Source: Eledone cirrhosa (taxonomy: Eukaryota). Taken from it: a stretch of 64,000 nt of DNA. Below are positions 28,990-48,788 of the stretch, in pieces. The DNA is taken from contig OZ024758.1 of the NCBI GenBank assembly GCA_964016885.1, forward strand, positions 20,522,001-20,586,000, in the 5' to 3' direction. A program made the position numbers and the translations under genes. A model generated the notes under the pieces. The model was not told the DNA's origin. It made no database searches and worked only from the letters and a program-made list of their open reading frames with translations. Every line of letters starts with the position of its first letter. Position 1 is the first letter of the stretch.

Positions 28990-30091
28990 AGCCTATGTGT
29001 GTTCATAGATATAGTGATACTTATATATACAGATGCGCCTCTATGTCAATCCATAATTATGGTGAGTCACCAGCCATAAAAATTCAAAAGATTGTATAGA
29101 CACTATCGAGTATACTAGCTATACAGAATATATTTGTTTATCAATATCAAGCTATACATAATAGATTTCAATGAACAATATATGTAGCATTTTCTTTCGG
29201 ACATCAATTTTTTTTATCTAATCGGAAACTACCATATGTATCAGATATATTTTATTTTAGAAGAAATAGCGCTCTTATTTGTTAGACACACTCACCGCAT
29301 ATTATAGTGTAATAATGTGGTCATGTAAATAAGAATTGATGGCCTATAATTATGGAATATATTTCATATCTATTGATACAAACCTCAGTAGTTTTTAGAA
29401 TGTGTTCAATGGATTTTGTATAAATCTGATAAAGTCTATATGTGTGAAATTATGTTTGATTGATTGTATTATATCATGTCTAAGTAATTGATTCATAATA
29501 TAAATATTTCGTCATATCATTCACTCTGTCTGAATATTTATCTTATTAACTCTTTCAGTTCACTAAAATCTCAGTCTTATATTCAATGGAGCCTAACATA
29601 TCCATCCTCGATACACGGGCATTAAATATCTCACAGCCGTCTCCATATTATATTATACCCTGGGTTATGGAGCCAAATAACTTATAATACGTGTTGAATT
29701 ATAATACGTTTTGAATTATTAGCGGGATGAAAACATAATGTAAAGATGATGTAATTAGATAAAACTAGATAATTGTGTGTTAGCAAGTGAGTATGTTACA
29801 ATGTTCCTCAGTATGTCAGTTAAAGGTTATCTTAAAAAAAAATGTAGTATGGAAATGGGAGGGTGCCTTGCATCACGAAGCGATATATATTTCGTCCCAA
29901 ATTAAGGTTGATTTTGTACTTTTGTTTGTGGATGCTCTGTATCGGAGCCTTGGTTTACCACGAGAAATGAAAGTGAATCCGACGTTTATCACAGATATAT
30001 AAACCACCAAATTAGCACTAATCCGCAGGGATATACGACAAATTGAGACATCCATCAAATGTAATGAAACATACTAAACCATTATTAAATA

Positions 30092-30185
<94 letters not shown>

Positions 30186-30201
30186 TAAAATAAGAGATTA
30201 A

Positions 30202-30252
30202 AGTTTAAGAAAAGAATCGCTGCTTTCACCATTAACGGGATCTTCTGAAACT
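30202..30252 (-). ncRNA. Hammerhead family B copy at the 3' end of a longer remnant (~30186-31340)
   Basis: Same CAGAAGA core and stem I; single mismatches in stems II and III. Confidence 0.65.
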
Positions 30253-30330
30253 AACAAAGTCAATCTGTAAACGCAGAAGTGGATATTTAAAAAAACTTTG
30301 CAACCGGAGGAAGACAGGAAGACGATACTT

Positions 30331-30601
30331 TGGATCGTGGAAACGTTCCCTGGCGAAGAACAGGAAAAAACGAATATAATACGTCATTAATAGGAGCGGT
30401 GAAAAACAATTACACGCAAAGACAGGACCACGTCTATGGTATAAAAGAAGTCGTAGACTAATGTTCTCTTAGTTGGATCATAGAGACGTTCTCTGGCAAT
30501 GAACGGAACAAACGAAGATAATACGTCATAGGTGGAGCATGGAGAACAATTGCACGCAATGACAAAACCACGTAAATTGTATAGCTGAAGTCGTAGTCTA
30601 A
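30331..30601. repeat. Diverged ~140-bp tandem duplication
   Basis: ttggatc..acgttc..ataatacgtcat..aacaatt..ccacgt..gaagtcgtag occurs twice (from 30331 and 30473). Confidence 0.75.
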
Positions 30602-31377
30602 AATTCTAACTTGGAAACCGAATGATACTCGTCTTCAGACTTAAGAATAAAGTAAATAAAATACGATACAGAGGTAATTGAAATGAAATAAATACATACA
30701 CGCGTCCAAATACGTACATACACAAGCATACGCGAAAACACTCGCCATAGGTATACAAAACCACGCACATATATAATTGTTTGTGTGTGCATGTATACAT
30801 ATAAATAAATAATTAAATAAACGTATATAAATAAATAAATACGTATATAACAAGCGAACACACATACCTACATGTAAATACACAAATGTTCGGAGATGAA
30901 CGTCAACCAAAACATGAAGTACACATACACACATCCAACATACGTACGAACCCGCATACTCACACAGACGTAAAACTCCCGTATACACATAACCAAAAGC
31001 ATATGTACCAGAATATATAAAAATATACGCCATAACATATACAATAAAATATACGTACGAGAAAGTATACGTACCTTTACAAAGCATACAGGTAATATAT
31101 ACTTACCTATGCAAATAAGTAATGGTATAAACATAACATATACTTAGCTACCACATAACATATCCACGTATAGATCGTACTATCCGTTAGGGTATAATGT
31201 GAGGTTGTAATACAGGAAGGTTTCGTGCAATTTATGTTTACAAGCCGAAATTGCCTCAGATTTTTTGTTTAAGATGTGGTCTGTGGCGTAGAGTAGTTCC
31301 AGGGCCTCAGCGGCGCAGAGGTCACATGGACTTTTATTTCCGTTATTATTATTATTATTATTATTGTTATTGTTATT

Positions 31378-33210
31378 CCTTGAATCTCAGTCATTGATGT
31401 TGGTTAACTGGAAAGTCCGTTGGATTGAATATCAAGCCACTACCTGCAGCCTCAGATATTCAGGACGTATCGGAGGGTTCTTGCCGTTCCAAGCAAGCAT
31501 GCCTTTTGAAGCGTTCCAAAAAGCGTGAAGGGGCCGATTTTCTTTAACCATCCCTGGAAACCTTTGGAGATAGTCCCCAGTGCGCCTATGACAATCGGGA
31601 TCACTTTGACTTCATGGCAGTTCCAAATCCTTTTCACCTCCCACTTTAGGTCCTGGTATCGGTTAATTTTCTCCCTCTCCTTCTCTTGCACTCTCGTGTC
31701 GAACGGGCAGGCCACATCCACAATCAGGCACGATCTTTTTTCTTTGTCCACAACCACCAGGTCAGGTCTATTGTGTTCCAGTTTTTTGTCCGTCTGTATC
31801 CTAAAATCCCACAGCACCTTCACCTGACTGTTCTCCATCACCGCCTCTGGCCTATGCTCATACCATTTCTCAGAATGTGGTAGATTGTTTACTTTGCACA
31901 GGTTCCAGTGGATCACCCTGCCCATCACATCGTGTCTCCAGCCCTTATAGTGGGTCTGGGCTAGGTGTTTACACTCGGACACAATGTGAGCCACAGTCTC
32001 CTCTCTCTCTCCACAGATCCTGCACAGTGGGCTAGCCTCCTCCTTGTAGATATGGTGCTTCAACCACTTCGTTTTGAGGGCCTGCTCCTGCGCAGCCATT
32101 AGCATTCCTTCTGTAGCCTTTTTGAGGTCTCCTCTTCTCAACCAGTTCCATGTCTGTGGATCTCTAAATTCAGTTTTCTCAAAGAAGGTACTATGAAGGG
32201 ATTTTCCCTTAAGGCTGCTCTTCCTCCTTGATGTTATTTCCTCCTTGGATATCCCCTGGCCTACTGTCCCCTCCTTCAGTACAGCTCTGAGCATTGGCTC
32301 CTTACTATAGGTCACGTATTTGTATAGGTTGTTTTTCTCCATCTGAACACAGTCCTCTATGCTGATAAGACCTCTTCCACCCTCAGATCTCCTTAGGTAG
32401 AGTCTATCGACATCACTCCGCTTGTGGAACATGTTGTAGATAGTCAATAGCTTCCTAGTCTTCCTATCCATTTCTTTTTGTTCAGCAACATTCCATCTCA
32501 GAATTCCCGCACTGTACCTAATAATAGACACAGCTCGGGAATTTACTGCGCTTATGGCATTTCTGCTGTTCAGATGTGACTTCAATACGCTCCTTACTCT
32601 CCGAATGTATTCAGTTCTTAACAATTCCTTCATTTTTTTGTTCTTTATGCCATCAGCCTCCAGAACGCCCAAATACTTGTATCCTTCCTCAGAATCAATT
32701 TCCTTTATCATCTCACCTGTTGGTATCTGGATCCCGTTACTTCTGCTCAACCTACCCCTCCTCATCACAATGACTCCACATTTACCAATACCAAACTGCA
32801 TACATATATCACTGCTGAAAATACGGACAGTGTCAACAAGCACATCCAACTCCTTCTCACTTTTCCCGAAGAGCTTAAGATCGTCCATGAAGAGGAGGTG
32901 ATTGATGGTAAGCTCTCCCCTTCCCAACTTGTATCCTGCTCTCACTTTTCGCAGCATAATGGTCAAGGGCATCAGGGCAAGGACAAACAACAGAGGGGAC
33001 AGGCTATCTCCCTGGAAGATACCTCTCTTGATCTTCACGCTTCCCAAGGATACTCCAGTTGATGTCAACTCTGTCTCCCAGGACCCCATACTCCTGCCCA
33101 GCAACTGTCTGATGTTATCTGCCACCCTGAAGATCTCCAGGCTTTTGGTGATCCAGGAATGAGGCACCGTGTCAAATGCCTTTCTGTAGTCTATCCATCC
33201 CATGGCAAGA

Positions 33211-33212
<2 letters not shown>
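31378..33212 (-). mobile_element. 5'-truncated R4/Dong-like non-LTR retrotransposon (RT plus restriction-like endonuclease) in a (TAA)n tract
   Basis: Motifs WIDYRKAFDTVPH, GIFQGDSLSPLLF, HLLFMDDLKL, YKYLG, CCHC knuckle CRICGEREETVAHIVSEC, RHD, and RPD..D..EK endonuclease. Stop at 31452, short 3' UTR, (TTA)n on both flanks (31343-31377, 33213-33264). Confidence 0.93.
31452..33212 (-). pseudogene. Uninterrupted but N-terminally truncated RT-RLE ORF of the R4/Dong element
   Basis: Open from DLAMGWIDY to YVLNI*. The track's upstream residues (MYACM...NNNN) are microsatellite read-through. Confidence 0.9.
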
Positions 33213-33253
<41 letters not shown>

Positions 33254-34335
33254 TATTATTATTATATATATATATATATGTCTGTTTATACATTTGCGTG
33301 TGTACGTGTATGTGTGTTTTTATACAGACATGCATACACGCATACATATACAGAGAGACATATTGGCATACATATACAGAGTGATGAACTGACAGACATT
33401 TTCAAGTACAATATTGCTGTATGTACTTCTGCAATTTCATGAGTGAAACCTGTAATTTTCCTGTATAGAAGTAGCATAAGTAGAGTTACCGAGAGATAGG
33501 TTTATCGTATCTGAATCTGATGTATAATTTCATTCTATTTCAACGCTAATTAATTTAAGCAAACTTGAAGTGGTATTCGATTTCCAGTTTGGCTAACGTC
33601 TACCTACCTCATTCATTGATCATTTTCAACTCATCAAATCGTTATCCGTCTATATACATCACAAATTTCGTACGAATTAACAATTGTAAAAACAGACAAA
33701 TTTCACCTCTTTATGATCAGTATATTAAAGTTACTTTGTCACTTGTTTGATATTCAGAAGAACTTCAATATTATATATTTTAAAATCCTGTTTCAAATAT
33801 ATATTATTTGATACAATTTGATCACACCCAAATGCGATGTAATTGCGGAATGAGCCAATCTCGGTTTAATTAATGTTGTACGATATGCGCCAACACCGGC
33901 ATGCACAGTTATTAAGGTATTCCTCGAAATCAGATTCTATTGGCTGAAATATGATTATCAATGTTGATGTATATATTCAATCAATATCATATTCTACAAA
34001 ATCATCAATATTATGAAAATTATATTTTACACTACAGACGCCTTCTTCATTTTCAGCAACATAACCACCAATTACAATCCTCCTTAGCAACGACGTCATC
34101 ATAATTTGCATCATTATCACATTTCATCATCATCTTCATAAGTATTAACATTATTTGTATCTATTTTGATGTCGTCAACCCCATACACATCAGTTCTGTC
34201 GCCATCATCGTCTTCATCATCATCAACGTCATAATCATACAATCTAAGGATGATTGTAGCCAAAATTTAATACTTTGGAAATTTTACATAAAAAAGAGGC
34301 CCTTGGAGTTTATATATATATATACAGCATATATA

Positions 34336-34520
34336 AAGAAGGAATTGTGGTAAGGAACCAGATGGACCCTATAACGCACAAGAACACTCAATACTTAGGG
34401 TAGTGGAGTGGGTAATAGGAAAAGGTAGGAACCAGACGGCAGAGCTCAAGCCGTTTCGACGTCCAGAAATAGCCGTCGAAACCGCTTGAGCTCTGCCGTC
34501 GGGGTAATACATTTTCCTAT
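34336..34520. repeat. Family D pLTR end with fold-back
   Basis: Arms ~34415-34461 and 34474-34520 around a hammerhead stem II remnant. Confidence 0.82.
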
Positions 34521-34527
34521 ATATATA

Positions 34528-34570
<43 letters not shown>

Positions 34571-34689
34571 TAAAATAACAGATTAAAGTTTAAGCAAAGA
34601 ATCGCTGCTTTCACCCTTAACGGGATCAAACCGGTAAAAACCGGTAAAAACTTAAAAACTTAAAATGTCAGCATTTTCTATTCCGTTTA

Positions 34690-34939
<250 letters not shown>

Positions 34940-35156
34940 AGTATGTGCTAAGATACCACGTGGACCATAACCCACCAGAGTAAACAATACTCAGGGTAAT
35001 TTTGCTATATATATATATATATATGATTAATGTAATCTGAGTTTTTCGAATATAAATAATAACATTCGATTTGTTTGCAATTATTGCAAACAACCCTCAA
35101 TGTTATAGCCACGTCAGTACAATGAACACTTGATTGTTGCTCTTGCGTTGGGGTGC

Positions 35157-35908
<752 letters not shown>

Positions 35909-36032
35909 ATATATTACTCTGATTGTTAATTATTTAATTAATTAATTCATCATTAAGCCACACCGTGAATGGTTGCCAAAACCATATATATATCTATATC
36001 TACGGCTCTGTCTAGTTCATGTATATGTAAAC

Positions 36033-36101
<69 letters not shown>

Positions 36102-36137
36102 AAAGAACACAAGAACACAACATCAACAGATTTTTAT

Positions 36138-36186
36138 TGGCTTACAATGTTTCTTCCTTACGTAACCGTAGGATTCGTCAGAGCTA
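36138..36186 (-). ncRNA. Hammerhead, family F-related, intact core
   Basis: agct-CTGACGA-a tcc tacg gtta cgta a gga a-GAAAC ATT GTA^agcc, in remnant ~36098-36440. Confidence 0.78.
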
Positions 36187-36887
36187 TAAAAGGGGTTTGA
36201 TTGGTGTTATGGACTCTACCAACCGAACATTCAAGAACAAAGAGTAAAGAGAGTAAAGAGCAAAAGTAGGGGACGATAAGTCTAATGTTGGTGCGGGAGG
36301 GTGGGGTGTGGGTCCTTGTTTACTAGCTGCGGTCATATTCATTCCCGGGAGTCGAGTGGTTAGCTGAACCATAGATGGGGTGGCGTCGATAGTATGGTGC
36401 AGAGGGTGTGCAGAGGCTACACAAACACAAAGGGCATACAATATATATATATATATATATAACGGAGGAGAAAGTACATGAGGTAATTAGAAATGGAAAA
36501 AGAGTAATAATAATAATCTATAATTAATAGTGTATAATAAGGCATGGGGAAGATTACACTATAATAAGGTATAAAAGTAAGAATAAGGTAAAATATAAAG
36601 GAGGATAAAAGTGGAAATAATAAAGATAAAAAATAAAGATTAAAAAAATATATATGTAAAAAAATATATAGAGAAGATATAAAGAAATATAAGCGAATAT
36701 TTGGACGGGAAAACACAATGTAAAAATACCCGATTTTTTCAAATAAAAATTAAAATATTATAATTATGGGGGGAGAAAACGGGATAGAGAAATAGGATCA
36801 AATGTGATTAGTTGAGAGAATATAAGATGATAATATATATATATATACGATATTAACAAATGGAAACTATATTTATAAAACCATATT

Positions 36888-36952
36888 TATTTCATTATAC
36901 ATATTTCAAGGACATCAAGTTAAATTATGGTGTGCTTTCATCAGATAAAATA
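36888..36952 (-). ncRNA. Hammerhead family E, intact core (left arm of fold-back 36847-37175)
   Basis: CTGATGA/GAAA core; the mirror copy 37070-37134 (+) has CTCATGA. Confidence 0.8.
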
Positions 36953-37259
36953 TAATATAGAGCAGTTTTATAAATAAATATTGACATACCATTAAAGAAT
37001 GAGACCATTACAGTTGCTCGCATTCTTTAAGGGTATGTCAATATTTAATTATAAAACTGCTCTATATTATATTTCATCTCATGAAAGCACACCATAATTT
37101 AACTTGGTGTCCTTGAAATATGTATACTGAAATAAATATGGTTTTATAAATATAGTTTCCATTTGTTAATATCGTTTTTACTCCAAATATTTGTTGAGTG
37201 CTTTATATCAGTTATAAAAATATTTGCTTGTTGTATCCCAACAATGTAAATAGAACTTC

Positions 37260-37333
<74 letters not shown>

Positions 37334-38210
37334 AGCGTTCGATGCTGATAAATGCGTGAATCTACAGAAGCATCGGAGTAGTCTTGTGTGAAGATGATAT
37401 GAGTAGGCAAGAGAATTTCCAGTCAAACATGATCTATCAATTAGTCATGATATATACTAATATATAAGAATAAATTTACATCACAGCTATGCATGGATGT
37501 ACATATGTAGATTATATAATTACTATATATATATATACATGTGTGTGTGAGGGTGTGTGTGTATAAACATTTGGATACATATATATATATTAATATACAT
37601 AAATATCTATGTATATATAAATATATATATATATATATATGCGTGTGTGTGAGTGAATGTGCTTGTGCGGATGCGCCTGTGAGTAGATGTATATGTGTAA
37701 GATATGTATATATGTGCGTAGGATGTAATGTTGTTTTATTTTTATTTTATGTGGATGTATAATTTGCGCACAAATAACATGTATATGTATGACAAAATTA
37801 AAAAGTAATTCCTCTGAATTCCTAGAGACAAAGATGAAAGACATTCAAGCACCATTTCATACCGGAATCTCTCTATTAAACAAGCTTTTAATCATGTAAT
37901 AGCGCCAGCATGCCAATGATAAATGTTTCCTTCCTGTCAAACCGTTTCACATCAAAGTATTGTTCTTTTCGCATATTTTATATTATTTTCTTCTGCGCAG
38001 ACGTCTTTATCAAATGAAAGTAAATGCTGTATGAACTATGAAAATAATTATTCTCTTTTCTTTTTCTATTTTATACCATCATACATTAATCTACACGTAA
38101 CATATTAGGTTACGGCAACGTTTTGTTAATTCATTGTTTCTAGGTTCCTATTACATACTAATAAAATACTACGCAGCCTGACGTCTGACATATGTGTGTA
38201 TATATGGTTA

Positions 38211-38274
<64 letters not shown>

Positions 38275-38318
38275 TATATATAATTATATATATATATAGT
38301 TATATATATATATATAGC

Positions 38319-38393
<75 letters not shown>

Positions 38394-38462
38394 CATTTAT
38401 GTATATATTTATTTATATATATATATATATATTTACATTTATATATATGTATATATTTATTT

Positions 38463-38502
<40 letters not shown>

Positions 38503-38646
38503 ATGTAAAAAATGGTAGATCATAACTCACCAGAGTACTCGATACATGGGATAGTAATGGGATTAATATGAAACATTTGGGACCCCGAGGGCTGGGCACT
38601 TCTCATTGTTTAATCAACTGCTGGGGTCCCGTCATGTTCCTATAAT

Positions 38647-38745
<99 letters not shown>

Positions 38746-39182
38746 TTGTGTTTATGTGTGTGTTTCAATTACTTATAATGTTACGAACGCGAACAGACGA
38801 TGCACAGGCATCTTTGAAAAAATATGTATATATGTATAAATGTATGTATCAAAGGTATATGTTGAGTTAGGAACTCAAAATAGTCTCTTACAATAAAATT
38901 AGCTCTAAGAAAGAGATATTTCCGAGCCGTATATTATAATTGAATATAAAAGAAAAACGAATACAGATCTATACATATATGTGTTCAAATCACCTTAGCG
39001 AAAAGTATAGACAATAGGGTTTGCCTCTCTCAATTTAAGAAAAAAATAAAATGTCGAGTAAACCTGGCAGCTATTTTTAGTAGTGTAAGTTTGTGAGACA
39101 AGCTAAAATACCATGTGCGTTATTATATATAGCACACTATTCAGTTTCTTAATATTCTTAGAAGTGTCTAGGATACTAATTC

Positions 39183-39260
39183 ATCACCCACTGATGAGCG
39201 ATAATTGGTAATTATATTCACAATTACTATTGCAAAACAGCACCAAGCTGCCTGGGTGAT
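39183..39260 (+). ncRNA. Degenerate hammerhead family H within fold-back ~38975-39395
   Basis: atcaccca-CTGATGA-gcgata..tattgc-AAAAC AGC accaa GCT GCC^tgggtgat; G12A and GUC>GCC changes, 8-bp stem I. Confidence 0.7.
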
Positions 39261-39559
39261 TGGTAGTTACCTCAATTCCGGTTTCTATTTATTTTCTTGA
39301 TTTTTCTCTTAAATGGAGACAGGCAAACCTTATTGTCTATAGTTAGTATTCTTTTCACCTTAGCGAATCTGGTCCCTTGCGATTTGAACACATATATGTA
39401 TATATCTGTGTTCGTTTTTCTTTCATATTCAATTATTATATATGTATGTATATATTTGTGTTTGTAATGGAAGCTATGGATTAGGGTCCATAGCCTCCAT
39501 ATCTGACCTCGTAAAACACGGAGATACAGCAAACAATAGAATGTATGTGTCTGCATGTA

Positions 39560-39759
39560 NNNNNNNNNNNNNNNNNNNNNNNNNNNNNNNNNNNNNNNNN
39601 NNNNNNNNNNNNNNNNNNNNNNNNNNNNNNNNNNNNNNNNNNNNNNNNNNNNNNNNNNNNNNNNNNNNNNNNNNNNNNNNNNNNNNNNNNNNNNNNNNNN
39701 NNNNNNNNNNNNNNNNNNNNNNNNNNNNNNNNNNNNNNNNNNNNNNNNNNNNNNNNNNN
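39560..39759. other. Assembly gap (200 N)
   Basis: Run of N. Confidence 1.
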
Positions 39760-40637
39760 CATGTGAGCTGCATTACGTTGAGTACTCTCCATAATATTAG
39801 ATCGAGATTGACCATACGGAATGACCAATTCTATCCAATTGTGAACCAACAAACCTAAATAACATATATATATAAATATATATACGTTGTAGCCATGCAT
39901 GAGTATTAGCAGTAGTAGCTGATAACACCTTAGTATTACCATTTCAAAATAATTGCTTCACGTACTACCCCTATGTCCATCTGATTTTAAAATGCAATGA
40001 TCGGTCGTAACGTTTTTGAAATATTTTTCCTCGCTTAAAGATAATCCCACTTAGAGAAAGCAAGATACTTTGCTTAAAATTAATCACTACTAATATTTAA
40101 TATCCTTACTACAGGTTCTGATACGAATGAAATCTTATAATCAACTACAACAATATAAACTACCCTATAAATACCATTAAGTGAAAGCTACATTGACCAA
40201 AATAATACATAGATAAGAAGTATGGAATTTAAAATTCAGTTGTATATACAATTATATAACAATTGCAAACATGTACAAAAAAATACATAATGCACAGACC
40301 TTAATTAGGATGGAGTAAATGAAAACGGGTTCGTATACGATATTTTACTAAGGAGTAAAACCTGCTATATACATACACGCATGATGCATGTATCATTTTC
40401 TCATATACTTCAATCTATATTTCAATTATAGAGTAAAGAAGTGTTAAGTATTAAATCTATCAATAATTTCATAATTCTGTGCTTCATTGGCCAGCACCAG
40501 ATTGTTACTTAGCAACAGAAATAAAGCTTGTCCTGTGTTTCGGAATAAATAGTTACCAAGGAGCTCAGATTATGTTGCCTATCAATGACATGCAGTATAT
40601 GATACTGACTCATCGTTGGCGGATGCAAATGATCGGT

Positions 40638-40706
<69 letters not shown>

Positions 40707-40786
40707 TATGTATATATATGTATGTGCATATATATATATATATTTATATATGTATATACATATTTATATATATATATATATATACA

Positions 40787-40921
<135 letters not shown>

Positions 40922-41412
40922 GTGTATATATGTGAGTGTATATATGTATATATGCATGTATCTATGTATATATATAAATATATTTATGTATATGGAGCAC
41001 TTTATCTGTCCAGTAAGATTTGTTAATTTGATTACATATGAAATTATTTTTCCATTTAACACTGAAAGGAAAATACTATGATTCGTCAAGAGAATTAAAA
41101 CGGCTTTCATTGTAGAGACCAAAGCGAGAGCATATCTCGCAATCAATTTTAGCTTTCAAACTATATGGTGCCCACTCACAGATTTTAAACGATACATAAA
41201 ATTAATGGGCCTCTAATCCAATTCACATGAGATATAGGCGACACAAGCATATTACATACGAATAACAACTAGCTTTTAACAAAAGTAATAACTACAATGG
41301 TCTATGACAGTCAATATTGGAAAGTTTCCCCATACAATTTTATGCATCAGATAGGCTTGCCATCAAAATAAATAATGAGGGAATTGCTCAGTGATAATGA
41401 AAATGCAAATAT

Positions 41413-41455
<43 letters not shown>

Positions 41456-41585
41456 AATATGTGTATATAAACAGTCATTCACACACATATATATATATAT
41501 ATATATTGATATATATAGAGAGAGAGATATATACATATATGCATATACACATACAAGCATTTGTGTGTGTATGTAAATATACACT

Positions 41586-41680
<95 letters not shown>

Positions 41681-42193
41681 TAGGTATATAGCTAGATAGA
41701 TAGATAGAATGATAGATAGAAAGAAAGATAGATAAGTACGTATGCACCTAAGTGGTGTAAGTAGGAGTGTATAATCTCATGTACATGAATATGTTTCTTG
41801 ACATATATCTGAATAGCTGATATTAATCTTAGTCCTCAAACTAAATCTTTCAGTATACAGCAGGAATTAGAAGCAGCTACACTCACCCACATTCCATTCC
41901 CTACATATTAAAGTATCAATGAATCAATTCGGTTGTTTAGTCATCAAAGAAGCCTAGAGAGATATACACTTAGCATTTATGATAAGCGCTTGGAATTCGT
42001 AACTTATTAGACCCTAGTGTGTCCTCGGAAGCTCATTTACTTTCGTTCTATTAAGGAAGTTTAGCTGATATGAGAGAATATCTCTCTGAAGTATCAGAAA
42101 GTAAACTCAAATAATAGAGGCTCTGAAATTGCATGATCTACCCACAGGAGAATATATCTCTTCCTCGGTTTACATATTTTTCTATTTATCATT

Positions 42194-42298
<105 letters not shown>

Positions 42299-42671
42299 CT
42301 ATCTATCTATCAATCTCCCCCTCTCTCTTTATCTAGCTCGTTCTATTTCTATATCTCTGTCTACTTATCTCTATCTATATATATATATATATATATATCC
42401 TTGTTTCTCTCTCTCTCCTTCTCGCATACATATAACATACACACCATACATGAATGCACATGCATTCACACCCACTCATATATATAGTTATTAGTATTTC
42501 TATTTCTATATCTCTATATATATATATGTATATATATTTATTTATATATATATGCAGAGAGAGAGCGAGAGTGAGAGATAAGGGGGGAGAGGTACACACA
42601 TAGATAGATGCATACATAGATAGAACTAAATATATATATATATATATATATATAGTGAGAGAGAGAGAGAG

Positions 42672-42714
<43 letters not shown>

Positions 42715-43590
42715 CACTGTTATATAGCAAATTCCACCTATGCACACCATTAATAGTCGTATCAACAGAGCTCACACATTTGCCAGAAGTCATGTGCCTA
42801 GGTTTATTAGCATATGACATAAATCTGAGAAACCTCATAACAGCCATAATTCACACTTCTGATATCCATGAATAAACAACTAAAATATTGTTTCATTATT
42901 ATAATACAAGGAGATAGTTCTCGTTCTCGTTCCAACTGGCCAAAGATGTTTCTAATGGTATTAAAATATATATCACAGACTATCAACAATCTCACCCTCT
43001 GAAACAGCTTTACACATTTTCTGTCTGAACTTAATTTTCATATGTAGAAGAGTTCACTGCCAAGAACCTTTGGTAGTTTTATGCATTCTCAGCGGAAATA
43101 AACATGACTACTGAGGACAAATTATAAACACACACCCGCAATCATATTAACACAAAAACACACTCAGACTAACACATACACAGGCCGTGCTCAGGGAGAA
43201 TGCGATAGTAACCTGGAAATGAGAGAATCGAAGGATGCCAAGTAAAAGGAGAGAGATAGAAGTGGAGAAAAAGAATAGTGATGATAAGGAGAGATATCTG
43301 AAGGAATACATATGTCAAAGGGACGGGCAAAACAGAGATATGAAATCAGTAAATATGTATATATATATATAATATATATGTATGTATACATACTATATAT
43401 CTTAGCTAATTCAAAAGGAAAAGCAAATAAAAAGAGTGATGTATGTATAGAACAGGGCTATTTAATTAGAACATGAATAACACAAAATATAACTACTACA
43501 TTACCAAAGTCCGAGATGTTATAGATAACATATATGAGATTTTTAACAGATTTAATGGAGTATTTTATTTGGTGTTGTTTACTTTCTAAT

Positions 43591-43699
<109 letters not shown>

Positions 43700-44661
43700 A
43701 TATGTATATATATATATAGAGAGACAGAGAGAAATTAACGAAATCCCCACACCACTATTCATCTAGTCATATCAACTTAGATGAACAAAAATATATTTAG
43801 TACAGTAGAGGTTATTTTATTTATCTTTTTTCTTATTTATATGTAAAATTTTTCATTGGTTGATTTCAAGACTGTCTATAATTGATAATAATATTTTCTC
43901 ATTGAACATACCGTTCTGGTATTATTAATTAGGGTCTATTTAAAGTTTAATCGTTTTGAGTTGGCTGATTCATATTTCTGATGTTTATAATTTAACAAGG
44001 AATCAATGTATTGGTATATTGCATAAAGTTGGCCCTATATTGCTAATTTCTAATGAATGGAATGGATTAATGTGGCTTTACATTAGATGCATCTTTGATG
44101 AAACACTCGATAAATATTCCTTAACTGTATACAATGATGCCTAAAATAAAGCCATTCGTTTGCAGTATCATATATTTACCCTAGTGGTTGTAGAATCAAA
44201 AACAATTCTCTCATTAGTCAATTTTCTTGTTTATTTTTGTTATATTTTTTTCATTACCATTTTCTACATGAATGAAATTACTATTGTAGATTCAGCACAG
44301 TATTTGAAAGGAAACACTAATTGGGTCTTAAAACCGTCACCAATGATCATTTAAGCCAATATACATAATGAACGTGTCTCCAATCAACAGAGGGCATTTA
44401 CAATTCAAGCAAAGCTACTCTTTCGATTTCAGACATGATCCTAATGAATAGCTTCAGTGAAATTGTCAAGATCGATCAGTTTACAATATATGATTTCTTA
44501 GGCGTGGCTTTAACTTACTGTGAATGCGAAAAACGTTACATGTGATAATGTTAACACCCTTATTAATACTTCGAGCTATATAACTATGAATCTCTCTCTC
44601 TCTCTCTATCTATCTATCTATATATATATATCTATCTATCTATCGATATATCTCCTTATGC

Positions 44662-44693
<32 letters not shown>

Positions 44694-45034
44694 ATATATG
44701 TGTGTGTGTATGTATATATATATATATTTTCTTTTATATATATATGTGTGTGTGTGTATGTATATATATTATATGTATATATGTATGTATATATATATTA
44801 TATATATATATATATATATATGTGTGTGAGAAAAACCACAGACCCTCCATCTCAACTCACCTTTTGAAAAGCAGAAGAACTGCGAAACCGGTAAAGGAAC
44901 CAAATAAATATCTATATTTTTTTTAAAAATAAGACTTCAGTTGCATTTTCGATTTCATCTCTTTTTCTTTATACTTTCACTCGTGTAGGACACCTCGGTT
45001 ATTTTTCATTTTGTAAAAAAAACCTCACTTTCTG

Positions 45035-47990
<2,956 letters not shown>

Positions 47991-48557
47991 AAACACAGAG
48001 GGAGAGAAAGACATCCATGATGGGGATGTACACAAATCTATACGCACACGCACACAACAAACATCACATATATGTTATAGATATATACACACACGCAGAT
48101 GAAGCTAAATACTTTGTTAAGTATGATATATCCAGTTTCACTATTCTCGCAATATCAGTTTCAATTTTCTGCATAACGTCCCTGAGGGGAAAAACTATTT
48201 AGAAACGTTTAATGTGATTTACATAAGTAAATTAAAATGATCTCAACCAATTAAAACTGATTATAATATGAAGCCAATCCTATGATTTTCCATAACCAGT
48301 AGATACATTATCAAATATGGTGTTCTCTGCTTTAGTGTCCAAAATTTTACATATTACATAAAAGCATTAACATGAATTTTTTCCCATGTTTTACAAAAGG
48401 AATTGACTCACAATTGTGCGACCCCACCCCCACCCACCCCCTATATACTATATATATATATATATAACGAAGGTGTTGTGGCAAGGAACCATATGGACCA
48501 TAACGCACCAGAATCCAGAAATAGCCTTCAAAACGGCTTGAGCTCTACCGTCGGGGT

Positions 48558-48592
<35 letters not shown>

Positions 48593-48745
48593 TGTTATAC
48601 TTTGGGAGGGTCATGTTGCCAATAAGAAACACACGCACCAATCGCTTTCACTTCAATTTATTATAATAAATTTATAATAAATTTATAAATTTATAAATTT
48701 CTGGTTGGTTGGTTGGTTCCACAACCAGATAGTTGTTTATATATT

Positions 48746-48788
48746 GTCATAGTTCTTTCGTCACACAATATGTGACCTCTTCAGTGAC
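48746..48788 (-). ncRNA. Hammerhead family C, intact core
   Basis: gtca-CTGAAGA-g-gtcac atattgt gtgac-GAA-AG AA CT-A^tgac, inside the pLTR remnant ~48592-49010. Confidence 0.8.

Noticed and set aside
30612-30645. CTGAAGA plus short stem on the minus strand
   Set aside because: No GAAA or stem III follows; a similar incomplete match at ~20450-20474 was also dropped.
31525-33162. + strand ORFs over the LINE
   Set aside because: Antisense shadows of the RT-RLE ORF.
39442-39942. ORFs spanning the N run
   Set aside because: Artefacts of the assembly gap.
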